Source: Eukaryota sp. TZLM1-RC (Eukaryota > Protista > Metamonada: BaSk clade). From it: 64,000 bases of DNA. This document shows, one piece after another, positions 1 through 11,977 of this stretch. The stretch spans positions 434,001-498,000 of the forward strand of contig JAUPSS010000005.1 in NCBI GenBank assembly GCA_040285825.1. Reading direction: 5' to 3'. The position numbers were made by a program, and so were the translations under genes. Numbering within the stretch: the first letter of the stretch is position 1; every line of letters starts with the position of its first letter. The notes under the pieces are model-generated. The model was not told the DNA's origin. It was given only the letters and a program-made list of their open reading frames with translations, and searched no databases.

Positions 1-140
1 TCCTTTACAACAACAACAAAAACAACAAAAACCCTGACCACTGAAATTGAAATTGTTAACCGAAATTATCTTTGTTACAGTTTCGGAAATCCTGAATCTC
101 TTTTTTAACCAAAATTAGCATGTTTTTCGACATGTGAACA

Positions 141-352
141 CTAAAGATGTGCATCGTCCGGACTAATCGGACTACGAACTAGTCCGTTCAAACGAATCAC
201 GGACTAGACTACTCTGAAACTAAACGGACGAACTACGGACTAGACCAGCCAATCAACGGATGAGAAACGGGCGCACTACGGACTAGTTCATAGTTCATTT
301 GAGCAGACTAAAGACCAGATTTTAGTTCGATTGAACGCACTACGGACTACCT
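141..352. mobile_element. Putative DNA-transposon end (hAT-like) with clustered subterminal CGGACTA repeats
   Basis: Begins TAAAGATGTGCATCGT; AGATGTGCATCGT recurs near 37369. About six direct (A)CGGACTA copies and one inverted copy (TAGTCCGT, ~180) lie in ~200 bp. No transposase or second end was seen. Confidence 0.4.
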
Positions 353-829
353 CATGAAACAACTCAGTTGACAATAAACTTTATTAACCAAATGGAGAAA
401 TATGATGAAAGATGAACTGTGTATTGAATGTATATAATATGTTAGTAGGCTTTACAATCAACATCAACCCTCCGTTCTTTGATAGGAAACTCTGAAAGGT
501 AGTTTAGTTGTTTGCCCATCTCTACTGAACACTACCCTATGGTCATTATCAGATAGTTCGAACAACCATTATTTGGAAACATTTAAAATCTGAACAACAA
601 TTGAAAAAACACCTAAATATCTTTGAAACACCGAGGAAGGAACTTTTTAATCCTGAGGATCTGATCGCAGAGGCTCTGTAGAACAATTTTGATTTACAAT
701 TGGAATTCCACCTTTTTCCTCCTGAGATTCACTACAATTGAAGAATTACTTTTATAGGAATTTTGATGAACAAAAATGAATTTCAGGAATTTGGATAACT
801 TCTTGAAAATTTTTTTAAATATTGTATTT

Positions 830-990
830 TATTGGACTTCAACACTTAATAAAATCAAATTAGAATTAACGCGACTAAATTCAATGAACCACGATTTCAT
901 CTACAACATCCGCATCTGCTTGTCTTCTCGCCATTGTTTCTCTTATTCAATGAAAGAACCGTGGTAATCCATAAATAGTAAACTGAATTG
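830..990 (-). mobile_element. Old diverged 3' fragment related to CRE-like family A
   Basis: The minus strand reads ...ADADVVDEIVVH*, similar to family A ...ADQDFVEEILVQ*, followed by a degenerate 3' tail. Confidence 0.6.
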
Positions 991-1029
991 GAGAGCATCA
1001 TTATGAATCACCTAAATCAGAATTTAATA

Positions 1030-1850
1030 ACATAATATTTATGGACTTCTTTTAAAAAACATTGAGTGGATTTTAATGATGCGTTTTCGTTGTTTTCTAT
1101 GACCATACAATTTGCCTAATCATTCAACATGTAAATGTGGTAAACCTCTTTTGTTTACTCAACTTCTGAACTGTAAACATTTTATTACATGTAAAAGTAA
1201 AGTAAATAACAATGGCAGGGACCAAATTTATGTCATGTGCAAATTATATCGAGTAGGTTCTTTTTTAGAGCCTTTGTAATTAAAATCAATTCTTGATGAT
1301 TCCAATAGTACGCGCTACAATAAAGCTTCTATCGGTCTGACAAAGTTGATTTGGTTGTTCCCGGCTTAATGGTAGTTTTACCATTGTAGACGCCATTTCC
1401 GTTGACCCTTGTAATTTTTCTAATGAACATTTAATTAATTTAGTTGTCAATACTCCTCTTCTTACTGGGGAAAAATACAAATTTGCTGAATACGCGAAAC
1501 CTATTTCTTCTGTCAAAGAAAATTCTTATGCCCAATATAACTTATGTCCTTTTGTTTTTTCTTACATTGATCTTCAGGTTAGGGTTCCTTGACTTTCCTT
1601 GAGGATTTCAATGTAAATGTAAAGGAACGGACTGGAAGAATTTTCAATCGTGTTTACTGGTAAATCAGGATTGTATTTTCTACTTATAACGGATTGGTGA
1701 AATTTATTTCTCATTCACCTTCTTCTTTAGAGAAATTTTCTGAATCTTTAGTAATTAACTGGTTCGATGTGGGAGAGGCAGGTTTTGAGGGTGTGGAGCT
1801 TTAGTTGTGTATTTGATGATTATTTATTCATTATTTGATAAATGAAATAA
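1030..1850 (+). mobile_element. Degraded CRE-like family C 3' portion (CCHC + RLE)
   Basis: Nucleotide similarity to 4351-5242. Ends ...GFEGVEL*. Many stops. Paralogous to 26250-27075. Confidence 0.8.
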
Positions 1851-1860
1851 GATTGTTTTA

Positions 1861-3104
1861 CTATTTAGAAAATGCCTTGTTTTTGTTCTCTTTTCATGAG
1901 GACCCACAAAACTTGCATGTTTTTTGATCAACGTCTTGTCAAGGGTTTATAGATGTGTCAATGGTCTGTCCCCTTGGTCGTCACAATACGGACCACTCTT
2001 TGCCGAGAACTTTGTAACAGATTTACTGCACAAGCAAAGTTTGCCCTCTCCACTGCTCCTGATGTTCATGCCCGTTCATCACGTCTGTACCCATTGAGCT
2101 CCACCTCCGATCACACACCAATCCTTAAAAGAACCAATGCCACGTCACGCCATGTCATCAGTTTTACGCCGAATCACAATTGCTAATACCTTTGGTCAAC
2201 AGCTTTCATTAGTACGTATACCCAAGCTTAAGTGTGTATTTCTCCTTTCTCTTTTGCTATATGAACCAACTCCCCATCTAGTGTGACAGAATCACTCTAT
2301 TTCAAAGGCTACTTCTTTGGTAAGTAATCCTTAGAGGATTACTCCTATAGAATAAATATCAGAAGCTTCTGTTATTCTATTATCGAAAACCTCTAAAGCT
2401 GCATATTTGGGGGTAAAGGTTAGAGAAGTGGATATTCGGGTGGTTTTAGCTATTACTTTAGAAGTACCAAAGTCGGCTATTCTTAGTTGACCATTAACTT
2501 CATTTTTTCAGGTGTGAGTGTCCTTAAATGACTGATCTGCAATGGATTGCTCTCCAGAGCACGTGCATTCGCATTGGCACCTTCGTGACTAATGCAATGG
2601 AAGCCAAGACTCACTTGAAACAATTTGAATCTGTTTTCATGGCCAGATTTTAATAGGTTACAGAAGAAAGATTTTGTTTCGACTATCTTTTCCAAGTAAT
2701 TCTCCTTTTGTTTCTCTCATATTACATCATCAATAGATTTTTGATGGGGTGTTGATCACAAAACATGTAAGTTTTAAATTAACAACTGTTTTCTATTTTA
2801 ATCTCAGTTTTTTATTGTTCTAATTTTAGCAGTTACTTGGTTTCCAATTATTTATAATTATACTTTATAATAAACGTTTCAGATCAAGTTAGTAAGTAAA
2901 TTGTATCAAAAATGTGTAATTGATTATAAATTGCTTGTTTAAAACGTATTAATTATCTATTTGAACAAACAAACCCAGTATTGTTTGGTCACTCCCTTCG
3001 ATAAACAGTATCAATTTGGATGATTGAGCAACTTGATTTCAAATGAAATGAAAAACAATTTATAAATAATGAACAAATTATTGATGTTTTCATAACTCAT
3101 TTGT
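1861..3104. repeat. Solo copy of the ~1.25-kb core that is tandemly repeated at 29408-36510
   Basis: Near-identical to 29408-30650. The same short ORFs occur at 1953, 29500, 30952, 32428 and 33904. Confidence 0.95.
2295..2498 (-). pseudogene. Protein kinase fragment (subdomains VII-X) inside the repeat core
   Basis: Hand translation: VNGQLRIADFGTSKVIAKTTRISTSLTFTPKYAALEVFDNRITEASDIYSIGVIL*GLLTKEVAFEI. It contains DFG, an APE-like AALE motif and DIYSIG. Other copies lie at ~29842-30045, 31294-31497, 32770-32973 and 34246-34448. Confidence 0.85.
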
Positions 3105-3729
3105 AAAATTATTTGTTATTAATCAATACTGCCCACTGATCCACTGACCCAAATAATTCAGAACTGATGGAAATAACCCCATGGACTCAACTAATTTACC
3201 AGAGCCTTGATCCTGAACTTGTAGATGGTTTTAATGTCTTAATGTTAGGTGCATTGGTAGGAATGTCATTAGTGCATAGAAATGTGGTAAGTTATCACTA
3301 TTTTCCTCACTTTTGCCCACATGATACCCATTTAATGCATATCAGGATTTTGGGAGGATTTGATACTCTTCTAGTGTGCATCTTCAGTGGAATTTTATTG
3401 TTGTAGAGAGTATTTTAATGCACTTGTTTTCAAATTACTTGTTATTTACAAAGAGACATAATGCATTAAGAACAAAACTTTATGCTTTGTGTTGTTTTTG
3501 GGCTGAAGATTTCTAATGTTATGTTTTTTATAATTTTAATTTATTCCAACGAGAAACTAAAACACAAATTAAAATTCTAAATCATCATGTCCCAAATTAG
3601 CCAAAAAAAAATGGCTGGAAGTTTTTTTCTTCATAAAATCGACCAGAAGATATTAAAGCAGAAGATAACAGGGGGTAAACACCTTAAATAAAAAGTAAAA
3701 ATAAATAGTAAACACCTCAATTTAAAAAT

Positions 3730-4335
3730 TGAAACTACAATTCTGTTCTGCCAAAATATTTTGTAAAAAAAATTTCCTGTACGTTTTACAATTTCAACAA
3801 AATCATCCAAGAAAGGTAAAGCAAATAGTCCAAGCGTGCCATGTAAGGAAAAGCAAAACTTCTCCTTTGTCCTTTGTAAAGAAAAAGTACATAATGAGTA
3901 TGCGACTCAGCATTCAAGGAAACCAACTTTGCTTTAGATTTATCAATTTTAGCTTTTTCAGCAACAGACAGCGGATTCTTGTGTTTTGACTGAGCTAATG
4001 GCATAAAAGAATTATTGCACACATCAGTTGATCTCACCACAGTAATGTTAGTGGTCCCTTCGAGATCTTCAAGCATTAAATCACCTTTATTTCGATTAAA
4101 AGAATTCACAGTAATTTCATCAACCAAACGAGAGAGTAATGGTTCTAAATAGGAATTAATTCTGTGTGACTCTGACATACAATAGAGATCCCTAACTGCA
4201 TCATCAAGATTAAACAGATGATTGTGAGAAATTTTTGATCCACATTTGCAAATCAAATAATGAGACACGTCATCGGGCCAAATGAAAAATCGAAAACGCG
4301 TTGTACAAGAAAATGTGGTATTATTTAAAAGAAGG
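3730..4335 (-). mobile_element. CRE-like family F, 3' part of an old copy. It continues at ~5295-5456 and ~10346-10800, split by later insertions.
   Basis: ORF 3786-4268 has CKCG...HL, DAVRD, EPLL and KGDL. The upstream pieces read CVKKLQQKL...LGLAKNDNPAF and are colinear across the insertions. Confidence 0.75.
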
Positions 4336-4339
4336 TTCT

Positions 4340-5285
4340 AAATTTGAGGCTTGGATTATGAAGTAAGACTTGGCTTGGCCAAAACTAAAAATCCCGCTTT
4401 CGGTAATTTTTTGAAGGATATTCGTGATAGTTCTGCTGCTGCTTTAGTAACTCAAATTCCCTCTGTTTATGGTCTTTTGTTAGAAAACAACGAATGGCTT
4501 CTTAACATGCGTTTTCGTTGTTTTCTGTGGCCAAACAATTTGCCCAATCATTCACCTTGTAAATGTGGTAAACCTCTTTTGTTTACTCATCTTTTGAACC
4601 GTAAACATTTCATTACATTCAGAAGCAAAGTGCATAATAACGTCAGGGACCAAATTTATGTAATGTGCAAATCATATCGAGTAGATTCCTTTTTAGAACC
4701 GCTGTTATCAAATTTTATTCTTGATGACCCCAATATTGATAGTACGTGTTACAACAGAGCTTCCATGGGTCTGACAAGAGGTGATCTAGTTGTTCTCGGT
4801 TTAAATGGTAGTTTTACTATTTTAGACGCCATGTCTATTGACCCTTGTAATTCCCTTAACGAACATCTCATTAACTCGGATGTAAATAATCCTCTTCTTG
4901 CAGGCAAAAAATATAAAATTCCTAAATATGCGAAACCCATTTCCTCGATTAATGAAAATTCTCATGCCCAATATATTTATGCCCCTTTGTTTTCTCTTTT
5001 CTTGGATCTCTAAGTAAGGCTGCTATGGCTTTCCTTAAGAATTACTGTTGTAGTTGTAAAGGAAAGAACTGGAAGAATTTTCAATCGTGATTACTGGCAA
5101 AACAGGATTGTATTTTCTATTTTTAAGGGAATGGTAAAACTGATTTCTGATTTACTGTCTTCCTTTGGGAAATTTTCTGAATCTTTGGCAATTAATTGTT
5201 TTGATGTAGGGGAGGCAGGTTTTGAGGATGTGGAGTTTTAATTGTGCATTTTATGTTTTCATATTCGTTGTTGAATAAAATATTA
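4340..5285 (+). mobile_element. 5'-truncated CRE-like family C copy nested antisense in family F
   Basis: ORF 4351-5013 has CKCG..HLLN, VHNNVRD, EPLL, TRGDL, LDAM and KY. The frameshifted end is ...WQNRIVFS...GFEDVEF*, followed by AATAAA. Confidence 0.85.
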
Positions 5286-5456
5286 GATCTGAAATTTTTT
5301 TTGAGGAATTTAGGAAATTAAACACGAAGAGGAACTATTTTAGACAAAATATGCGAAAGCGGGATTATCATTTTTGGCCAAGCCAAGATGAACATTGAAA
5401 TCCAAGTCTTCAAAAATTATTGTTAATTTTTGTTGCAATTTTTTAACACAATACCT

Positions 5457-8400
5457 GCAATATATTTGTATTTATTGAATTTGCACACTTAATTGATTTT
5501 AATTTATTGAATTTGCACACTTAATTAAATTAACTCATATCTAATGGGACGACTATCATTGAACCAAGATTTCATCTACAAAATCTTGATCTGCTTGCTG
5601 TCTACTTAAAGCTTCTCTTATTCGATTGAAAAACCGTGGTAACCTATTAATAATGTCAATTTGAATCCGTGAACGCCATAAAATATATCAAATCTTTTCA
5701 TTGTTTTTTCTTGAACCATTTTTTGGAAGTCATTCAAAAAAGTTTCTGCTTCATCTGATAATCTTCCATTTATCGAAAATGGGAAAGCAATAAAAACCAG
5801 CTGTGTATTTCTATCGATATTTGCATCTTCAATTTCTTTATCATATTTTCTATGTTTTTCTTTTGCTTTAAAATCCAGAGCAGCCACAGGATTAAGTTTT
5901 CTTCTGTGAACCAAAGTATCGTTTGCAACATTACATGAGACAAAGTCAACAATAGCTTCAGAATTATCAATCCAATCACAGTATACATCACCTCTATCAT
6001 CAGAACCAAAATTATTTAGAGAAAGTGTTTCTTTCAGCAGAGGCTCTTTGATACACGATATCCTTGCAGTTTGTGCCATATTGAAAACAGTGTCTCTAAC
6101 AGCATCATGTAATGAAGAACGATAAGTTATCAATTTAGAGCAATTTAGAGCATGGCGCAAAGTGAGTTGAGGTGAATTCGAACAAATACATTTTTCTTTT
6201 GATAATAATTGGTTAATGGGGATGTTCAAATATAATCTCATTTTTGTTACAAATGCTTCATTAGTAGCACACAATCCAAATCTTCGTGGTACAATGGTTA
6301 CAAAAAGTGAAGAATCTGACACCTTGTTTTCACAAACACCCTTTTCCAATAACAATGAGTGAAGATCTTGATTAAATTAACTCATAACTAATGGGACGAC
6401 TATCATTGAACCAAGATTTCCTCTACAAAATCTTGATCTGCTTGCTGTCTAGCTAAAGCTTCTCTTATTCGATTGAAAAACCGAGGTAATCTATTAATAA
6501 TGGCAAATTGAATCCGTGAACGCCATAAAAAAATATCAAATCTTTTCATTGTTTTTTCTTGAACCATTTTTTGGAAGTCATTCAAAAAAGTTTCTGCTTC
6601 ATCTGATAATCTTCCATTTATCGAAAATGGGAAAGCAATAAAAACCAGCTGTGTATTTCTATCAGCATTAGCCTCTTCAATATCTTTATCATATTTTCTA
6701 TGTTTTTCTTTTGCTTTAAAATCAAGAGCAGTCACAGGATTAAGTTTTCTTCTGTGAACCAAAGTATCATTTGCAACATTACATGAGACAAAGTCAACAA
6801 TAGCTTCAGAATTATCAATCCAATCACAGTATACATCACCTCTATCATCAGAACCAAAATTATTCAGAGAAAGTGTTTCCTTCAGCAGGGGCTCTTTGAT
6901 ACACGATATTCTTGCAGTTTGTGCCATATTGAAAACAGTGTCTCTAACAGCATCATGTAATGAAGAACGATAAGTTATCAATTTAGAGCAATTCAGAGCA
7001 TGGCGCAAAGTGAGTTGAGGTGAATTCGAACAAATACATTTTTCTTTTGATAATAATTGATTAATGGGGATATTCAAATATAATCTCATTTTTGTTACAA
7101 ATGCTTCATTAGTGGCACACAATCCAAATCTTCGTGGTACAATGGTTACAAAAAGTGAAGAATCTGATGACTTGTTTTCACAAACACCCTTTTCCAATAA
7201 CAATGAGTGAAGATCTTGATTAAATTAACTCATAACTAATGGGACGACTATCATTGAACCAAGATTTCCTCTACAAAATCTTGATCTGCTTGCTGTCTAG
7301 CTAAAGCTTCTCTTATTCGATTGAAAAACCGAGGTAATCTATTAATAATGGCAAATTGAATCCGTGAACGCCATAAAAAAATATCAAATCTTTTCATTGT
7401 TTTTTCTTAAACCATATGTTGAAAGTCATTCAAAAAAGTTTCTGCTTTATCTGATAGTCTTCCATTTATCGAAAATGGGAAAGCAATAAAAACCAGCTGT
7501 GTATTTCTATCAGCATTAGCCTCTTCAATATCTTTATCATATTTTCTATGTTTTTCGTTTGCTTTTAAATCAAGAGCAGTCACAGGATTAAGTTTTCTTC
7601 TGTGAACCAAAGTATCATTTGCAACATTACATGAGACAAAGTCAACAATAGCTTCAGAATTATCAATCCAATCACAGTATACATTACCTCTATCATTAGA
7701 ACCAAAATTATTCAGAGAAAGTGTTTCCTTCAGCAGGGGCTCTTTGATACACGATATTCTTGCAGTTTGTGCCATATTGAAAACAGTGTTTCTGACAGCA
7801 TCATGTAATGAAGAACGATAAGTTATCAATTTAGAGCAATTCAGAGCATGGCGCAAAGTGAGTTGAGGTGAATTCGAAGAAATACATTTTTCTTTTGATA
7901 ATAATTGATTAATGGGGATATTCAAATATAATCTCATTTTTGTTACAAATGCTTCATTAGTGGCAAACAATCCAAATCTTCGTGGTACAATGGTTACAAA
8001 AAGTGAAGAATCTGATGACTTGTTTTCACAAACACCCTTTTCCAATAACAATGAGTGAAGATCTTGATTAAATTAACTCATAACTAATGGGACGACTATC
8101 ATTGAACCAAGATTTCCTCTACAAAATCTTGATCTGCTTGCTGTCTAGCTAAAGCTTCTCTTATTCGATTGAAAAACCGAGGTAATCTATTAATAATGGC
8201 AAATTGAATCCGTGAACGCCATAAAAAAATATCAAATCTTTTCATTGTTTTTTCTTAAACCATATGTTGAAAGTCATTCAAAAAAGTTTCTGCTTTATCT
8301 GATAGTCTTCCATTTATCGAAAATGGGAAAGCAATAAAAACCAGCTGTGTATTTCTATCAGCATTAGCCTCTTCAATATCTTTATCATATTTTCTATGTT

Positions 8401-10345
8401 TTTCGTTTGCTTTTAAATCAAGAGCAGTCACAGGATTAAGTTTTCTTCTGTGAACCAAAGTATCATTTGCAACATTACATGAGACAAAGTCAACAATAGC
8501 TTCAGAATTATCAATCCAATCACAGTATACATTACCTCTATCATTAGAACCAAAATTATTCAGAGAAAGTGTTTCCTTCAGCAGGGGCTCTTTGATACAC
8601 GATATTCTTGCAGTTTGTGCCATATTGAAAACAGTGTTTCTGGCAGCATCATGTAATGAAGAACGATAAGTTATCAATTTAGAGCAATTCAGAGCATGGC
8701 GCAAAGTGAGTTGAGGTGAATTCGAAGAAATACATTTTTCTTTTGATAATAATTGATTAATGGGGATATTCAAATATAATCTCATTTTTGTTACAAATGC
8801 TTCTTTAGTGGCACACAATCCAAATCTTGGTGATACAATGGTTACAAAAAGTGAAGAATCTGATGACTTGTTTTCACAAACACCCTTTTCCAATAACAAT
8901 GAGTGAAGATCTTGATTTATAACAGCCGAGCTGCATATATTATTATAAAGATCATTTTCATACATTCCAGTCAATCGTTTCTGTAATGTTCGAAGATTGT
9001 ATTTTAAATATAAAAGATTCTTTTCTGGAATATTGCCATGAATGATTGGGGAAAGCATCGACTCCATTTTTCTACATCAATTTTTGAAATTTCTTCATTT
9101 AATGCAAAAACAGTGGAACTTTGCGTTGTCATCAATAAATCTTCCCAATCGGCAAGTCTTACAGAAAATTCAAAGACTGCATTTCTGCATCCACCATTAA
9201 AAGCACACGAAGTAAGAATAGAAGCATTCGTCCAACCTAAACCGCCATAATGTGGACTAAGATAGGCATGGTTTGGAATTTGGAACATTTTACATCCCAA
9301 TAATTGTGACAGAACTTTTGCACGTAATTCACTAAACTTCTGAGCCAAAGGCCTAGTGACAAGATGATTTGTAGATCGAAATATATGGTTGAAGTTGGAA
9401 CTAAAACACAGTCTTACAATGGTAAATTTGATATGTTTCTGTATATCTAAAGTCATCATTTGGTCAATTTTATCGGAAATGAGTTCAACTTTTCAAACAA
9501 TTTTTTGGTAATTTCATCATTATTTCCTAAAAACGAACCCAAATGACGAATAGCATCAATTGATAATATAATTTGGCTTGAATTTCAATACCATCAGCAA
9601 TTGCATCACCTGGAGAATTCGATAACAAAACACATTTAAGTAAATTAAGTCGGAGGCCAATTTTGGTAAATAATTCTTTAAAACATACTGTTGCTTTTTT
9701 CACAACATTTAAATCACCTATAAGAACAACATCATCCATATAGGCAATCATTTTTAGCGAAGGAAACATCTCTTGAATTTGTAATAAAATAGGATGAATG
9801 GCCAAACAAAACAAAAGAGGTCTTAAAAGTCAAGTGGTGCTTTTACACCACTTCATGATTTCAAAATGGAATTACCAAATGCATTGTGAGGTTGTGTTGA
9901 TTGGAAGTTAGGCATTAATTCCGGCAAATATTGTAACAAAGCACCATTAATACTGCAACGACTGATTGCATTAAATACATTGCTAAAATCCTTCGACATC
10001 CAAACATTGGACTCATTTTGACAAAATAATACATCTGTAGCAAATATTGCTGAAGAAACTATATCAGTGGTATTAATTCCATACTGAAAAATCAATAAAA
10101 TCGTTTTTGCTCTTTCATTGAACCTGCTTAAACAGTGAAATTACAATTTCAGACTCTAAACTTCAGAAATCTATTAAAAATTACAATGTGTTGGTACCTC
10201 TATCACACATTATGAAAATTGCAGATTAATGATCACCCTTTAAGGTGATTAAATCTCATATCATCATTAAATTCCAGGAATATGATAGTAATTGAATCAT
10301 GTAATGGGAATAATCATTTTCATACATTCCAGTCAATCGTTTCTG
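5457..10345 (-). mobile_element. Composite CRE-like family A insertion: one long 5'-truncated copy plus three head-to-tail 848-bp 3' units
   Basis: RT motifs MIAYMDD and DFSN..NAI; GGLG; CICS...HALNC; RLE RGD/N..VDFV..KY. ORF starts at 6355, 7203 and 8051 are spaced 848 bp apart. TSD TAACACAATACCT at 5444-5456 and 10346-10358. Confidence 0.9.
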
Positions 10346-10995
10346 TAACACAATACCTCAAATTAACTAGTGTTCTAAATGGTATTTCCTGCACATTATC
10401 GGGAGGCATTTACTCCTGATTTCAGTAGGCAAACAATCAAGAGCATTTTCAAGGTCTCTTAAATAGTTATTACTTGTAGAATTCAATCAATTAACATCAT
10501 TTGGAAAACGGTTGCAAAATTCAAAAACAAAATTTTTCCCTCCACCAAGGGAAGCAAACCTGACAGAGAATAGTCGATCTTGTGAAATTTATACCACAAA
10601 CATTAGATGATGAAATCACATGACTTTGAATTAGTTCAGAATTGACATTAATCAAAGACGTAAAATAATTTTTCCTCAAATAGTTAAATAAGCAGCAAAA
10701 CTCACGTGAAATATTTGTAGAAGTTGTTCTTAAAATGTGAGTAACTTTACATGCGTAACAAATTTTTAAGACAAAAAACTTAATATGTTTCTAAAAATCA
10801 AAGTAACTTTACTTTTGCGCTTCAAAATAAATAAATTTAATTCGAAAAAAAATTTACTAATGATATAGTATTCAATGTACTATCATATTTGTACTTAAAT
10901 CTAAAACAACCAGCATTCATTATGAAATCAACTGATAATATTTATTACAGACACTACAACACAGACACAACAACTCCAGCTCACATTAAGTACGT

Positions 10996-11574
10996 TTAGT
11001 CTTCTTCCTCTGAGGATTCAACTTCTTCTACTGGTTCTTCTTCTGATTCTGATTCTGTTTCGGCCTTTCTTAGGCGTTTTTTGGGTTTAGAAACTATAGC
11101 TGGTTGTGCAGGCATGTTTTCCTTAGCTTCTTTTGCTTTTTGGTTATATTCTGCCTTTTCTTCGGCACTGGCTTCTTTCCACATACGACCAACTTCAGTC
11201 ATGACATCTTTGTTTGGCATATCTGGATTTTCTTCAACAACTTGAGCACGTTTTTCTTTGAGGAAGAGGTTATAAGCTGATGGCGCACGTTTGGCTTTTG
11301 GTTCCACAACAGCACGTGATCCACGTTTACGGGGTTCAATTGGGCCGAATTCCTCCTTTTCTTTCTGGTATCTCTGTTTGTCTTCAGCAGCGAGGCGTTC
11401 ATAGGGTTCTCTCTCCTCAGAGGTAGTGGTCTTCCATCTTTTAGCTAATTCCTGCATCATTTGGGATGCCTTAAGTTCTGGCATTTCTCGCTTGACTTCT
11501 TCACGCTTATCTGCCTGGAAATAAAGGTAAGCGGACTTGGCGCGCTTGGGACCGTTGGTTGCTTTGGGAGCCAT
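10996..11574 (-). CDS. HMG-box protein (two HMG boxes, acidic tail; HMGB/Nhp6-like)
   Basis: PKRAKSAYLYF...ELAKRWK...YERLAAEDKQRY and KRAPSAYNLF...EVGRMWK, with an E-rich C-terminus. Confidence 0.92.
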   Translation of the reverse strand: MAPKATNGPKRAKSAYLYFQADKREEVKREMPELKASQMMQELAKRWKTTTSEEREPYERLAAEDKQRYQKEKEEFGPIEPRKRGSRAVVEPKAKRAPSAYNLFLKEKRAQVVEENPDMPNKDVMTEVGRMWKEASAEEKAEYNQKAKEAKENMPAQPAIVSKPKKRLRKAETESESEEEPVEEVESSEEED

Positions 11575-11977
11575 CAGTACTGAAGTTAGATGCTTGAAGG
11601 AATGAAAAGTGGTAGATCAATCAATAAGGTATATGTGATCTTATGCAACATCTGGATGCAACACATACTATAAGATTGTAAGAGTTGGGTAGGTAAGCAA
11701 ATACACTGGCTTTAGTTCTACATTCAATTAATTCGAACAAGACTTTTTGTCATTTCATTTGCTTTTCTCATCTTGGCCCTTTTTACCTGCAATGACCATT
11801 TCTTTAGTTAACAATGGTGTTAACACTTTCTTCTGCGTAGTTCCGTTTTGTTCTGCTTGCACATGTCTTCATCGATCTTTAGGCATGGTTTGTTGATACT
11901 TCGTTGTTCTAGCAGAGTCTAATATGTGTCATCAAAGTAAATTCCAACAATATATAACAATCTTTTATTAAAATACA

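Noticed and set aside
1953-2186. Repeated 77-aa ORF MCQWS... as a gene family
   Set aside because: It recurs only because the DNA is repeated; it has no recognisable motif.
11575-11620. CTAACTTCAG acceptor-like motif without a nearby donor upstream of the HMG ATG (trans-splicing?)
   Set aside because: A single instance; the other genes lack an equivalent signal.
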